From Takakia lepidozioides (Eukaryota; Plantae; Bryophyta): a stretch of DNA of 64,000 bases. Location: the NCBI GenBank assembly GCA_030704615.1, contig CM060733.1, positions 64,976,001 to 65,040,000 of the forward strand. The letters run 5' to 3'. Positions 40,661 to 52,540 of the stretch are shown here, piece after piece (the first letter of the stretch is position 1; each line of letters begins with the position of its first letter). A program made the translations under genes and the position numbers. The notes beneath the pieces were generated by a model that saw only the letters and a program-made list of their open reading frames with translations, was not told the DNA's origin and did not search any database.

Positions 40661-41221
40661 GCGAACGTTGTCGACATTTTCAAAATGATCGCACTGACTG
40701 AACGCTTACTTAATCTATATTAGGCTGACAAGCTACACTAAGCTCACAAGCTTCAGTACGACCAGCTTACACAAATCGTGCCCAGCTTACACGGATCTCA
40801 GGTATAAGATAGCAGTTCGCCATGACAGAAAATCAACCAAGTACAAAGACATGGCAGGGTGGGAGTGAAAGTCACCGACGCACCGGGCAGGACCCGGTCA
40901 TGACCTCCTAGCGAGGCACATTGGGAGTCTCTATTGAATAGTCCCGATGACTCACCGGTAACCCCATGCCTTTGGCGCGACGATTTTCAAATTTCGATTT
41001 TTTTCTGCACCAATAGAAATAGGCGCAAATCACGCGGGGCCCGCCCATGGACTCTCGTGGAGTGGCACATCTGCCGCTTTTGAGCCACTGTAGCTTGTAC
41101 TTACCCTCGGGATCGCAGCAATTGCCCCAACGGGGGTCTCACCCCGTGGAACTTCTCGCCCAAGTCAGGGGACATTTTTATATTCCTGCAGGATTGGATA
41201 GACCAGTCTCAGCAGAGGCGG

Positions 41222-41665
41222 GTGAGCCTGTCCGCTCTAGAGTTCCTGCCTGGCTTCCACGATCAGCCTCGCGGGGACGGGCTTGCACAGCTCTGGTGCT
41301 TGCGCATCGTCGATCTGCAGTGTCCGCCTGCATGGGACATCCCCAAAAGCCGCACAGCCTTTCTGTATCATTCGAGGTGCTGTCAGTGGGCCTACGACGA
41401 TTGCATCGGGTGTACGTACATGCCTCAGAGGATTCCCTCGCAAACAGTCTATGGGGACATTCTCATAAGCTACGAGGATGAGTCCTATGGACATAGAGTC
41501 TCTACAGCAAAGATCTCCATTTACGATGGTGCATATATCGGAGGACATGACACCGTTGTCCACTACACCAAAGAGGAGCGGGCTGCATCCATTGTCTTCA
41601 CCTACCGACACCCTGTGAGTCATGAGCTTGTTGAGAGGCCAATTGAGGTTCCAGCTTCTTGGTGA
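41222..41665 (+). CDS. Hypothetical 147-aa ORF or exon, unknown function
   Basis: Open frame with protein-like composition after a possible acceptor; no family recognised. Confidence 0.25.
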   Translation: MSLSALEFLPGFHDQPRGDGLAQLWCLRIVDLQCPPAWDIPKSRTAFLYHSRCCQWAYDDCIGCTYMPQRIPSQTVYGDILISYEDESYGHRVSTAKISIYDGAYIGGHDTVVHYTKEERAASIVFTYRHPVSHELVERPIEVPASW

Positions 41666-42529
41666 CAACAGTGCAACACGACAGCATATTCCCAACTTAG
41701 CTGAGCATGGATTGCATGCAGTATACTTCTGGCTTACCTCGACTTGTGAGGGCATGCATACTTGTCACAGTTCATTATATGAATAAAAAAATTCTTTTGA
41801 ACCAAAGTTCCATTTTTTGTGCAATGTTGAATTTTGTTGAATGTTGACTTTTGCCTGAGAGGGTCCAACACTCAAGCTTGTAGTCAGACCCTCTGGAATG
41901 CCACATCTCTTTCAATTCCCTCTGTCCATCGGGAAGGTGCTTGCACGCTCGTACCCCCACGCTTCTCGTCAGATGCCGCAATTATTGTTTGTGCAGGGCA
42001 CCTGCACAGGTCTGCAGCCTTCTGACTATATACCGTTGGTAGTTATTGCGCAAAGGGCAGGGGCCGCATTTCGGAGACAAGGTTCATGAAAACTCTAACA
42101 GTGGATTTCCGGAGGACCCGGATACGGACTCGGTGGCGACTGTGGTCTCGGCAATGGAGGGGAAGAGACACGTAGGTTGGTATGAGGGATCTCGCATGGA
42201 GGTAGTACCAGCCGAGATAGCCGGGATGGCGATGGTGATGAGGAAAGAACATGTAAAATAGGAGGAATAGACGATGCGGATGATGGTGATGATGGGGGTG
42301 CCAATGTCGAGGATGACGAACTCGGACTCGGTGGCGGCTGTGGTCTCGGCAATGGAGGGGAAGGGACACGTAGCTGGTCGGTATGAGGGACCTCGGATGG
42401 CAATGGTGATGAGGAAAGACCATGTACAATAGGAGGAACGGACGATGCGGATGATGGGGGTGCCGATGTCGAGGATGACGAATGTGTGTGCGTAGGTGGC
42501 AAGCGCCTGGCCCGGTGCCCAAAAATAGA

Positions 42530-43146
42530 AAAACACGCATCGTACTCTGCTACCTCACAAACTGCATCTACGTCATGTTGCGAGAAAAAAATGTTCACAT
42601 CCGGAACGGGGTGGGGCTCGTAAGAAGAAAGAAACCCGCATCGGTATGCCTCTTCAGCAAAAAAAATTGCGAGCTTGGACATCAAGACGAGGCTGCAAGA
42701 TGCATGAAATGAAATGCATCAATACTCAGTTCACAAACGCGAGGTTTCATTAGCCTTAGTACTTTTAATTGAGGAGTACGTGAGAAGATATGAGGACGAC
42801 TTCCCTTTGCTGCATCAACAATCTCGTACTTGGCGTAATATTTTTGCACAACATGGGGTCGTCGCATCATCGGTGTGGTCCTCCCAACTGGTAGTCGTGC
42901 CCAACACCAACTACACCAACACTCAATCTTGGGGAGGCGGTCCCGGCGGGGTCTCTCCGGGGCTCGTGCCTCTGGACTCGGCGGCCTACGACCTCGGGGT
43001 GGTGGCCATGGGGGCAAAGCTGTGCGGACATGGCAATGCCGCCTAACTCGTAGACGAGGCGAACGTGCTGTCTCGCCCTCAGCAGGTGGTTGTGGCACAG
43101 CCGGCAACGAATCCTCAAGCGTGACACGTCGATTGACACGCGGCAT
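42530..43146 (-). pseudogene. Frameshifted unknown gene with a likely 5'UTR intron (~43190-43501)
   Basis: Overlapping minus-strand ORFs from ATG 43146; GTGAGT donor at 43501; CT/GC-rich leader upstream. Confidence 0.3.
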
Positions 43147-44110
43147 GACCTAGCACAAGAGAGAGGTAGAGTACCGTATTGTGACCCACTGTAACCTCCG
43201 AAGGAGTTACACTCCCAACCCTTGGAAAAACTTGAAAAAAAAAACCTACAAACGTAAAGCCATATGTCCCCACCCCGCAAAAAAATGAAACCCTAAAAAC
43301 AAAACTATATTGCAGCTAATCCTAAACTAACTATATTATAACTAACCCTAAACTAAACTATGAAACTAAACCCTAAACTAAACTATGTAACCCTTAAAAC
43401 CCTAAGAACCAAAGACCCAAAAACCCAAATGATCCCTGCAAAACCTTATAACCCAAAAAACCAAAAAATAAATAAATAAATGAGAGGCCTCTTCAACTCA
43501 CCTCTGCGCCAGAGCTGCGACTGCCGTGCGACGTCCCCCAGAGGCAGCAACGCCGTGCGATCCCCAACGTCGCAGCGGATCCTCCTCCTGCCAAGGTGGC
43601 CGCCCTTCTCTCCCCTTCTCTCTTCCCTTCGCGAAGGCGCTTGATCGCGCCGAGGTTTTCTGGCGGGGTTGCCACACTGGCGCGCCGCAGCTGCACCGAC
43701 CGCCTCTCACTCCCCCTCTCAATCTCTCTATCTGATCTCTCTCTCCCTCACCCTCCTCCTCTCACTCTTCCTCCCTCCCTCCCTCCATCCCTATTTTTTT
43801 TTTTTGCTCTCGAGCTTTCCCGGACGCAACTACCCCCACGTGCCGGAGCGTTTTCCAGCAGCGGTGACGCAGCACTGACGCGCCACGGCGTTCAAACCCG
43901 CGTGGGCCCTCTCTCTCCGTCCCATTCCCTCTCTCTCATTCTCCCTCTCCCTCACTCTCTCTCTCCTTTTTTTTTTTTTTTTTTTTTTTTTTCGGTTGTT
44001 TGAGGGAGCTGGGAGTACGCCCCCGCGACCTGCTGGTGGAGCGCCAGCGGAACGCCAACGCCACGGGAGGGACCGCCAGCGTGAAGGAGTTGCCGTGTGA
44101 GGGAGCTGCC

Positions 44111-45717
44111 CTCCCTCTCTCTCCCTCTCTCCCTCTCCCTCTATAACTCTTTGGATTTCATCTGGCCTTAACCTTTTGAGGTTATTTAGTTTTTCATCCC
44201 TGCCTTTTTCATCCAAATCTGGATGATTTTATTTTATTATTGGATGATGAAACTTAATTTACAAAAAGCTAGAGTTACCATCTATTTTTTTCATCTAAAC
44301 TGGATGATCTACATAAATAATGGTTACCTATTATAAAATCCAAGAGAATAATAAAACTACCTTCATAAATGATGGCAGTTATTAAACCTAAGCCTATACC
44401 GTAACCCTAAAAGATACATTTCTATGGGATGTCATCCAGTGACAAAATGCCCTCTCTTGGTAAAATGTGATATTTCATCCATCCTGGATGAAAAATCGGG
44501 AAGTTTTGCCCTAAGCAGGCCGACACACTTGACAACACTGAACTCGTGCTTCAGTGAACCTTGATGATGCGCCATATAAACCTGCTCCCCTGCTGCTACA
44601 TGGTACTCGTGATTGCTAGCTCTTGGGATGCGCATTGGTGGTTAAACAGATTCTTCTATGGCAGACGACAAAGCCGTGATTGCTCTGATCAGGAACTCAT
44701 GGTTCTTTATTTTGCAGCGGCGCTTTTACTCCTTGTTGGGAAGTACTCTATCCCTATTTATCTACAGATTACATGTTGCTCTCTCTTTGTGTATGAGCCA
44801 TTCTCTATCTGTGAACGCTTCTACTCTGATTGCGTTCTATTGGAGACGATCTGTTGGACGCCATGGCACAGGGCATACCACAAACACTCAAGGTTTTTTG
44901 AGTTTACCATGTCTTGATTTCTTGAAGCTTGCAGTTCCTGTTCTTGCAAGTGTGGATACTGCTGCTGCCTAAGCTGCTGATGCCATCTGCTGTTTCAAAC
45001 TGCCACCATGCCGCTTCAGACCTGCTCCAAGATGGCTCCAATGAGGATCTGCTTCTCTCCTTACCCCTGTTTATGGTTTTTTACAACCACATTTGCATGT
45101 GTAGGAGTTTAGCTATGAAGGATACAATGATACAAAATAGCAGTTATTACTTTGACTGCCTTGATACTTGGCTCTGAAATGAGAACTCTTGGTATGACTC
45201 TGATGGATCAAAAGGATAGGCTTTGATAGATAACACACATTCTTCAAGGCCCTCATATCATTTTGGTCTCATGGCTTGATAAAAAACAGGGGTTTCTGAG
45301 CTGCTCTTTCACCTTGGCAGAACTATTTTATGAGGCCTTAAAATACCATTCTAGGCCTATACCTGCTTAAGGGGGCTCTACCCTGTTGTTTCTTCTTCCT
45401 TTTTAAGAATCTTGCTTATATCTTGGTTCTAAAACATCATCTTCAAACCAAACCTGCAATCTGGTTTTTGAAATGAGTTTAAAATGGATTCTTGAGATGA
45501 TGATGTGTACTATGGTGCTTTCATGATATGAATGACCTGGAATCCCACCCTCCCGCCCTGTTTTTTCAGAGACCTGAAATGTAATTGGGTATTCAAATGA
45601 GATTGTAAACATGAAAGAGAATGTTAGATGGTGCCCTGTAAAGGGCTGTTTTGTCTTTCAATGACAATGACCTTAGCGGTCTTGTCCATGTCTCGACACA
45701 TGAATATCTTCCCTCTC
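44111..45717 (+). repeat. Left long direct repeat (pseudo-LTR or tandem copy)
   Basis: Near-identical to 50021-51710 except small indels and a ~130-bp gap; no TG…CA ends. Confidence 0.93.
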
Positions 45718-45944
45718 TTTATTTGATCAGTGTACTTAGTGGTTTTGTACACACCATCTACCCTTACCTTTCTCCTTTTCACCTTCTCATTTTGATATAT
45801 TGACAAATGTTCTCGGGGGGCTTTGACAGAAAGTCACCAAAGGAGGTCCTAGCTAGAATGAGGACCTCATAGCCCTGGGGTATCAGTCCCCACTACCTCC
45901 TCCAATTCCTGCTGTGCAGGCAACCCTCGCACAAGTCACACCAA

Positions 45945-47344
45945 GTGACTTCCATGCTGCATTGCAAAAGATGGATACTGAGGCCGTGTAAAATTCAGGT
46001 GATGAAAACCCCGTGTTATTACTTGAAAACCTTGGCTTTGGAAAATTGGGTTGCACTTGGCATCATGGCAAATAAGAATGGCAGGTACCTGGAGAAGCTC
46101 CAGGAATTCAATACTAAAATGATTGAGGTACTGGAAGATGATGCCGAGGAGCTGATACAATGGGAAAAGAAGGGATCAGCCATTGAGGCAGCTCTTAGAA
46201 TGGCGAACCCAGAAGATGACCAGACTGTCTCCACACAGAAATCTACAAACACATCTGAAAAAGACTTCATCCCTTCTGTAAGTAATCACCCAATCCTTGG
46301 GCACATGATTTTACCGGATGAAGAAAAAGAGGCAGTGAGAGAATTATGTGAACAAGTAGAAATCTCACAAGTGGAACAAGAAAGGGCAGCAGGTGCCACT
46401 CCTGGAAATCTGCAGTTTGTCCCTTGGTTGCCTCCCCGTGCAGTTGAATTAGAGGTTGCCAATAACGATCACATGATGTGGCACCCACATGCTAATATCA
46501 ATTTATTGGCACCCATTTCTATTGAAATGTTGGTCAAATGGGGCAACATAACTCCTGCTGAACGCAGTAGGTGTGCACAGGATGCTAAGGAGGGTTTTCA
46601 GAGAATAAAAAATGAACCTATTGCTGTGGCATGGCCACTAAGGACCTTCTACTACAAGCTCTGTGACAAAGGTGAGAACCTTACCCTGAGGACCAAAAAT
46701 GACTTGCCGACTGGTTCGGCCAGATCCAAAAATCACAAGAGTCAACTCTTCAACTGGCATCGTCCCTACATAAGATGTAACTGTGGACAAGGAGGGGCAC
46801 CCTCTTCTTGCATTGGGAGTATTGCTTGGTTTGACCATGGGTATGGTATATGCTGAACAATCTGATTGTGTTCTTCCCTGATGATGCCTATCCTTCGGGT
46901 GCAAACCAAGTATTACAGCTGGGTATGGATCATGCGGGCTGCCCGTTCTTGCACAAAATTACCTTCCAGATGACCCGGGGCTTCATAATGGAAGCAGCTT
47001 GTGAATTCTCAATTGACCCCCAAGCCAAGTTGCTTGGGAAGTTAGGAGAATCCAAGGGGGCCAGATACATTGAGAAACTTGTGAAACCTGGGTCTTTTTC
47101 AGACAGCCTTCCCAGGCCACAATTCAATAGCTACAAACGGCAGCGTATGGAGGGGCAGACGCCTCCTCAACAAGGCAAGAACAATGCCACTCGAGGCAGA
47201 GGCACCCCTGGTCGTGGAAGAGGTCTCTACCAAAGAGGAGGACGCTCTGGCAATTCAAGAGCAACGAATCGGTCATCACTTGGGGGTTCGGGTGCTAATT
47301 CCAGTACCACCATCAAATCCACAGGTGCTACGCATGGAGCATAA
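45945..47344 (+). CDS. PLE ORF1 (303 + 164 aa, one frameshift) with RGG-rich C-terminus
   Basis: Long ORFs directly upstream of the RT gene, ending RGRGTPGRGRGLYQRGGRSG. Confidence 0.6.
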
Positions 47345-49737
47345 CTTCAAGCTCCTACGGGATGGTTCTCGCTCCGAATCACTATGCCAAACGTAACGTA
47401 TACCGAAGTCAATGGCAATGGAGTTTCCACCTGTACTTCCTCAAACAAAGCTCAGGGATGTTTGGATCATCTGATGTTGACGAAGACCAGTCGCACTCAA
47501 TTGTGATCTGTACTTGCTTTAGAATTCAACACTGACATGGATAGCAACTGTGAAGACTTGCAGATGCGTTGTTTGGTCTTGAGGATGGTTGTAGACAAAT
47601 TGAAACTCATGCCCATGGCAGGAAATTCAAAAACAGGCAGCAAAACCTGCTCCCTTGGGATTCATTCATATGTTGTACCCAAACCGTGGTATGGAGTGGA
47701 TAAACCCTAGGAACTTGATAAAAGAAGCTTTTTTGGAATTTGGACAAAATGACTTGGCTATTCTCATCGATGAGATAGTTTTGGATGGACATATCATAAA
47801 CAAAGCAGCTGAATACTATCAGCCTGCTGCTGTTTTCCGTGATTTTTGCTTTATGCAAGACCTGATTCACTCACCAGATTGTCTATGTGACAGTGCCAAG
47901 AGGTTTCATGATTTTCGGGATGCGGATACAAAAACAGAATTCCATCTATCTGGTTCTACACCTACGCAACACGTACGTACCATGGACCTAAATATTATTA
48001 GACACGCAAGGCTGAAAGAACTATTCAGCCTAGGTATGAATCACATCCCTCTCAAACGTACTTTGCTGAAAGACGTTGTTGAACAAGTGTCTTTGGCTTT
48101 CCATAGAACCTGTGAAATTTTACATATAGACCATGTGAATCTTGGGCCGCATCCTGCAGCCAATGGGTAAAAAAACACATGCTGGGATAGATTGAAACAA
48201 AAAGCCGGCAGAGGAAGGAGGACGTCTTCACTCACCATGAGCGCAATCCTCTTACTGTAAAAGAGGCAAAAGATGAACTTTCATGGCTTCTCAATCACCT
48301 GTATTTTTCTGGTCTTGACAAGGCTAACAACAACGTATGTTTTATGTGTGTGAAGCACATAAGAACTCAAGCCTTCCACAGATTGATGGGTAAAGACTTT
48401 ACACCATGCAAGCAAGCTGAGGTATGGCTGCCACCTGACCTTGTTCTAGGAAACATTTCCGTGGAAATACAGAGTCTGATTCGGAGATACCTGCTCCCTC
48501 CTGTAGATTACCTTACATTATGGGAATCTACAAGCTACATAAGAAAAAATACAGATGGATTACCAATGCCCATAAATGTGTTTTCAGTGAACTTGCTAGC
48601 CTTCTTACAAGGGCTACCATGGATCTCTACCATTGGTAAAAGAATGGGCCAAGACAAGGCTGGATACTTATGAGTAATTTTTCAAAGTATCTACTGCTAT
48701 GTATTGGATTATTGACTCCATCACTGACTTTACACTAAACCTGCCTGAAAAAGTCCATAACATCTTTGTTGCTGACATTACACAATGCTATGAGAACATA
48801 CCTTTGACAGGACAGGATAACTTAGGGGACGCCATTGAATACGTGGTGAAGATTGCATTCCAGCAACACCATCGGTCTCACCCCCGAGCACGTCATACTC
48901 TATGGATTCCAGCCAAAAACGGTACTTTCGGAAAAAGTAGATGGGGCACGTCTTCCCCAAAATCAGGTACCTGGATTGAACTTTCTGAAGTCAAACTACT
49001 TATGCTCCACAAATGGCTTATGTCACACTGTTTTGTCGCCTTAGGGGACCGTGTGTGGCAGCAGATTTCTGGAATACCTATGGGTTTTTCATGCTCACCA
49101 TTATGGTGCAACATGTACTTCCTTTCTTATGAAATCAAATTCATCTTAAGGCTTGCAGCTTTAGGACAATTCCAGCTTATGCCTATGTTTAAATCTGCCT
49201 TCAGATACATTGATGATATATGCTGGCTGAATGTGGGTGATGCAATGCTATTCCTGGACCCACGGGCAGACAGAAGCAGCAACAACCCTTGGTGGATCTA
49301 CCCACTCAATGTAGTGGAGATCAAACCTGAGCTACTACGCACTAAAACGATTCCCAATACGTGGGTTGGAAGCTTGTTTCATGAATATCCAGATTACAGT
49401 CTCAAATTGTGACACAGGTGAGTTCCATTTCCAGAAATATGACAAGAGAAGACTACTTCCTTTCTCTTACACTCAATATATCCAGTTCTTATCCAATAGG
49501 CCTGTGAATCAATCTTACAACATTGTGATTTCACAAGCTGTGCCTATTCTATACATTTCCAGCAATGCTGATTTGGCTGGGAAGGAGTGTAGCATTCTGA
49601 TTAACACTCTTGGGAGGAATGGTTTCAAGACCAGAAAACTTGCTCGTATCTTGACAAAATTCCTTGAACGTGGTTCATTCCCTGGCCTGCTCTTCCCTGT
49701 ACAAGAGCTTATTGAGAAACTGAAAGGTACTTTCTAA
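47334..49737 (+). pseudogene. PLE reverse transcriptase ORF2 (frameshifted)
   Basis: Pieces 47655-48170, 48344-48673, 48699-49412 and 49366-49737 carry successive PLE RT and thumb motifs. Confidence 0.85.
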
Positions 49738-50020
49738 AAACTTATACAGAGCTAAGTTATACCATTGAACTCTACGTTCTTTTCTAAGTGATACTATACT
49801 AGTGTTGCTATGATACATTTTATGCCATCGTTTCATTCTTGATCCGAGGAAGTGAGGATGTAGGATTCTACTCCTTTGGATAAATATTATCTGAGGATAA
49901 AACTACATGGAAGAGGGAAAACCTTATGAGAAGAGGTCTGGTATGCACTCCCTTACGGGGTGAGTGCATACCACACTCACTCCGTAAGGTTCTGCCATGC
50001 CAGGGGATTGGCTGGTGGGT

Positions 50021-51710
50021 CCCTCTCTCTCCCTCTCTCCCTCTCCCTAACTCTCTTTGGATTTCATCTGGCCTTAACCTTTTGAGGTTATTTAGTTTTT
50101 CATCCCTGCCTTTTTCATCCAAATCTGGATGATTTATTTTATTATTGGGATGATGAAACTTAATATACAAAAAGCTAGAGTTACCATCTATTTTTCATCT
50201 AAACTGGATGATCTACATAAAATAATGGTTACCTATTATAAAATCCAAGAGAAAATAAAACTACCATCATAAATGATGGCAGTTATTAAACCTAAACCTA
50301 TACCATACCTAAAAGATACATTTCTATGGATGTCATACAAAATGCCTCTTGGATGTGATTTTTTCCATCCTGGATGAAAAATCGGGAAGTTTTGCCCTAA
50401 GCAGGCCGACACACTTCACAGCACTGAACTCGTGCTTCAGTGAACCTTGATGATGCGCCGTATAAACCTGCTGCTGCTACATGGTACTCGTGTTGGCTCT
50501 TGGGATGCGCATTGGTGGGTTAAACAGATTCTTCTATCAGACGACAAAGCGTGATTGCTCTGATCAGGAACTCATGGTTCTTTATTTTGCAGCGGCTTTT
50601 ATGTTGTTGGGAAGTACTCTATCCCTATTTATACAGATTACTGTTGCTCTCTCTTTGTGTATGAGCCATTCTCTATCTGTGAACGCTTCTACTCTGATTG
50701 CGTTCTGTTGGAGACGATCTGTTGGACGCCATGGCGCAGGGGCATACCACAAACACTCAAGGTTTTTTGAGTTTACCATTGCTTGAATTGTGATCTTACT
50801 TACTTTAGAATTAGCAACTGACATGGACAACTGCCATTTACCTGCTGCATCCTCACTAACACACATCGCTATGTGGTGGTTTTTGGGACGGGCACAGGTG
50901 AGGGTCTTCACTTGTCTTGATTTCTTGAAGCTTGCAGTTCCTGTTCTTGCAAGTGTGGTACTGCTGCTGCCTAAGCTGCTGATGCCATCTGCTGTTTCAA
51001 ACTGCCACCATGCCGCTTCAGACCTGCTCCAATGAGGATCTGCTTCTCTCCTTACCCTTGTTTATGGTTTTTTACAACCACATTTGCATGTGTAGGAGTT
51101 TAGCTATGAAGGATACAAGGATACAAAATAACAGTTATTACTTTGACTGCCTTGATACTTGGCTCTGAAATGAGAACTGGTATGACTCTGATGGATCAAA
51201 AGGATAGGCTTTGATAGATAACACACATTCTTCAAGGCCCTCATATCATTTTGGTTTCATGGCTTGATAAAAAATAGGGGTTTCTGAGCTGCTCTTTCAC
51301 CTTGGCAGAACTATTTATGAGGCCTTAAAATACCATTCTAGGCCTATACCTGCTTAAGGGGCTCTACCCTGTTGTTTCTTCTTCCTTTTTAAGAATCTTG
51401 CTTATATCTTGGTTCTAAAACATCATCTTCAAACCAAAACCTGCAATCTGGTTTTTGAAATGAGTTTAAAATGGATTCTTGAGATGATGATGTGTACTAT
51501 GGTGCTTTCATGATATGAATGACCTGGAATCCCACCTCCCGCCCTGTTTTTCAGAGACCCTGATGAAATGTAATGGGTATTCAAATGAGTATTGTAAACA
51601 TGAAAGAGAATGTTAGATGGTGCCCTGTAAAGGGCTGTTTTGTCTTTCAATGACAATGACCTTAGCGGTCTTGTCCATGTCTCGACATGACATGTATATC
51701 TTCCCTCTCT
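50021..51710 (+). repeat. Right long direct repeat
   Basis: Direct copy of 44111-45717. Confidence 0.93.
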
Positions 51711-52540
51711 CTCCACATCCTGATGGGACAGAGGGAGAGAGAGCGAGAGAGAGGGGGAGATGAGGGAAAAAAATAAAAAAGAAGGTGGGGGGAGTGACTG
51801 ATCAGCTGCTGCTGCTCAATCCCCTTCCCCCCCCCCCCCATTCTTTTTTTTTATTTTTCCCTCCTCACTCCCTTTCTCCCTCTCTCCCTCTCTCTCCATC
51901 TTCATGGGACAGAGGGAGAGATGAGGGAAAGAAAATAAAAAAGAAGGTTGGGGGGGAGGCGGGGGCTGCTGCTCAGTCACCCCCCCCACCTTTTTTCTTT
52001 TTTTTTCTTTCCCTCATCACTCCCTCTTTCTCAATCTCTCCCTCTCTCTCCACATCTTGATGGGAGAGGGACAGATGAGGGAAAAGAGGTACAGAGGGAC
52101 AGAGGGAGGGAGAGGGAGAGATGAGAAAGAGAGAATATATATATATTTTAAATGGGGGTGAGGGGGGGGGGAGGAGAGATGCAGGAAAAGAGGGAGAGAG
52201 AGGGAGAGAGGGAGCGAAGGAGAGAGAGAGACTGTTGAGGGAAAAAAAAAACAAAAACAAAAGGTGGGGCGGTGGGGGAGTGACTGAGCAGCAGCAGCTC
52301 ACCCCCCTCACCCACCCTTTTTTTTTTTTTTTTTTTTCGCCCCCCCTCAACAGTCCCTCTCTCTCCCTCTCTCTCCACATCTTCATGGGATAGAGGGAGA
52401 GATGAGGGAAAAGAGGAGAGAGAGAGGGAGATGAAAAAAGAGAGAGAGAAAAAAAAATGGTTGGGGGGGGGGGGGGACTGAGCTGCCCTCCCCCACATTT
52501 ATTTTATTTTATTTTTTATTTTATTTTTCCCCCTCCTCAC
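51700..52540. repeat. GA/CT low-complexity array with alternating purine and pyrimidine blocks
   Basis: Recurring CCACATCTT.ATGGGA.AGAGGGAGAG and GTGACTGA.CAGC units. Confidence 0.8.

Larger units (their letters stand above)
44111..51710 (+). mobile_element. Penelope-like retroelement (PLE), two ORFs, no visible GIY-YIG endonuclease, flanked by ~1.6-kb direct repeats
   Basis: RT motifs ADITQCYENIP, QQISGIPMGFSCSPLWCNMY, FRYIDD, IYP, YDKR, and an upstream CLC…HVRTMDL..I…L..LFSLG. Repeats at 44111-45717 and 50021-51710. Confidence 0.85.

Noticed and set aside
43288-43465. Degenerate CCCTAAA tract as an interstitial telomere linked to the PLE
   Set aside because: Only scattered imperfect units, ~650 bp from the PLE repeat. 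It lies between a GT donor and an AG acceptor on the minus strand, so it is better explained as a telo-box-rich first intron.
51555-51615. CTGATGA…GAAA as a hammerhead ribozyme in the PLE repeat
   Set aside because: Stems I and III do not form convincingly, and the left repeat copy lacks the core (reads CCTGAAATG).
51785-52498. ORFs in the GA/CT-rich region (also 43493-44216 and 42043-42540)
   Set aside because: Low-complexity or short tandem duplication (~198 bp at 42126 and 42324) artefacts without recognisable domains.
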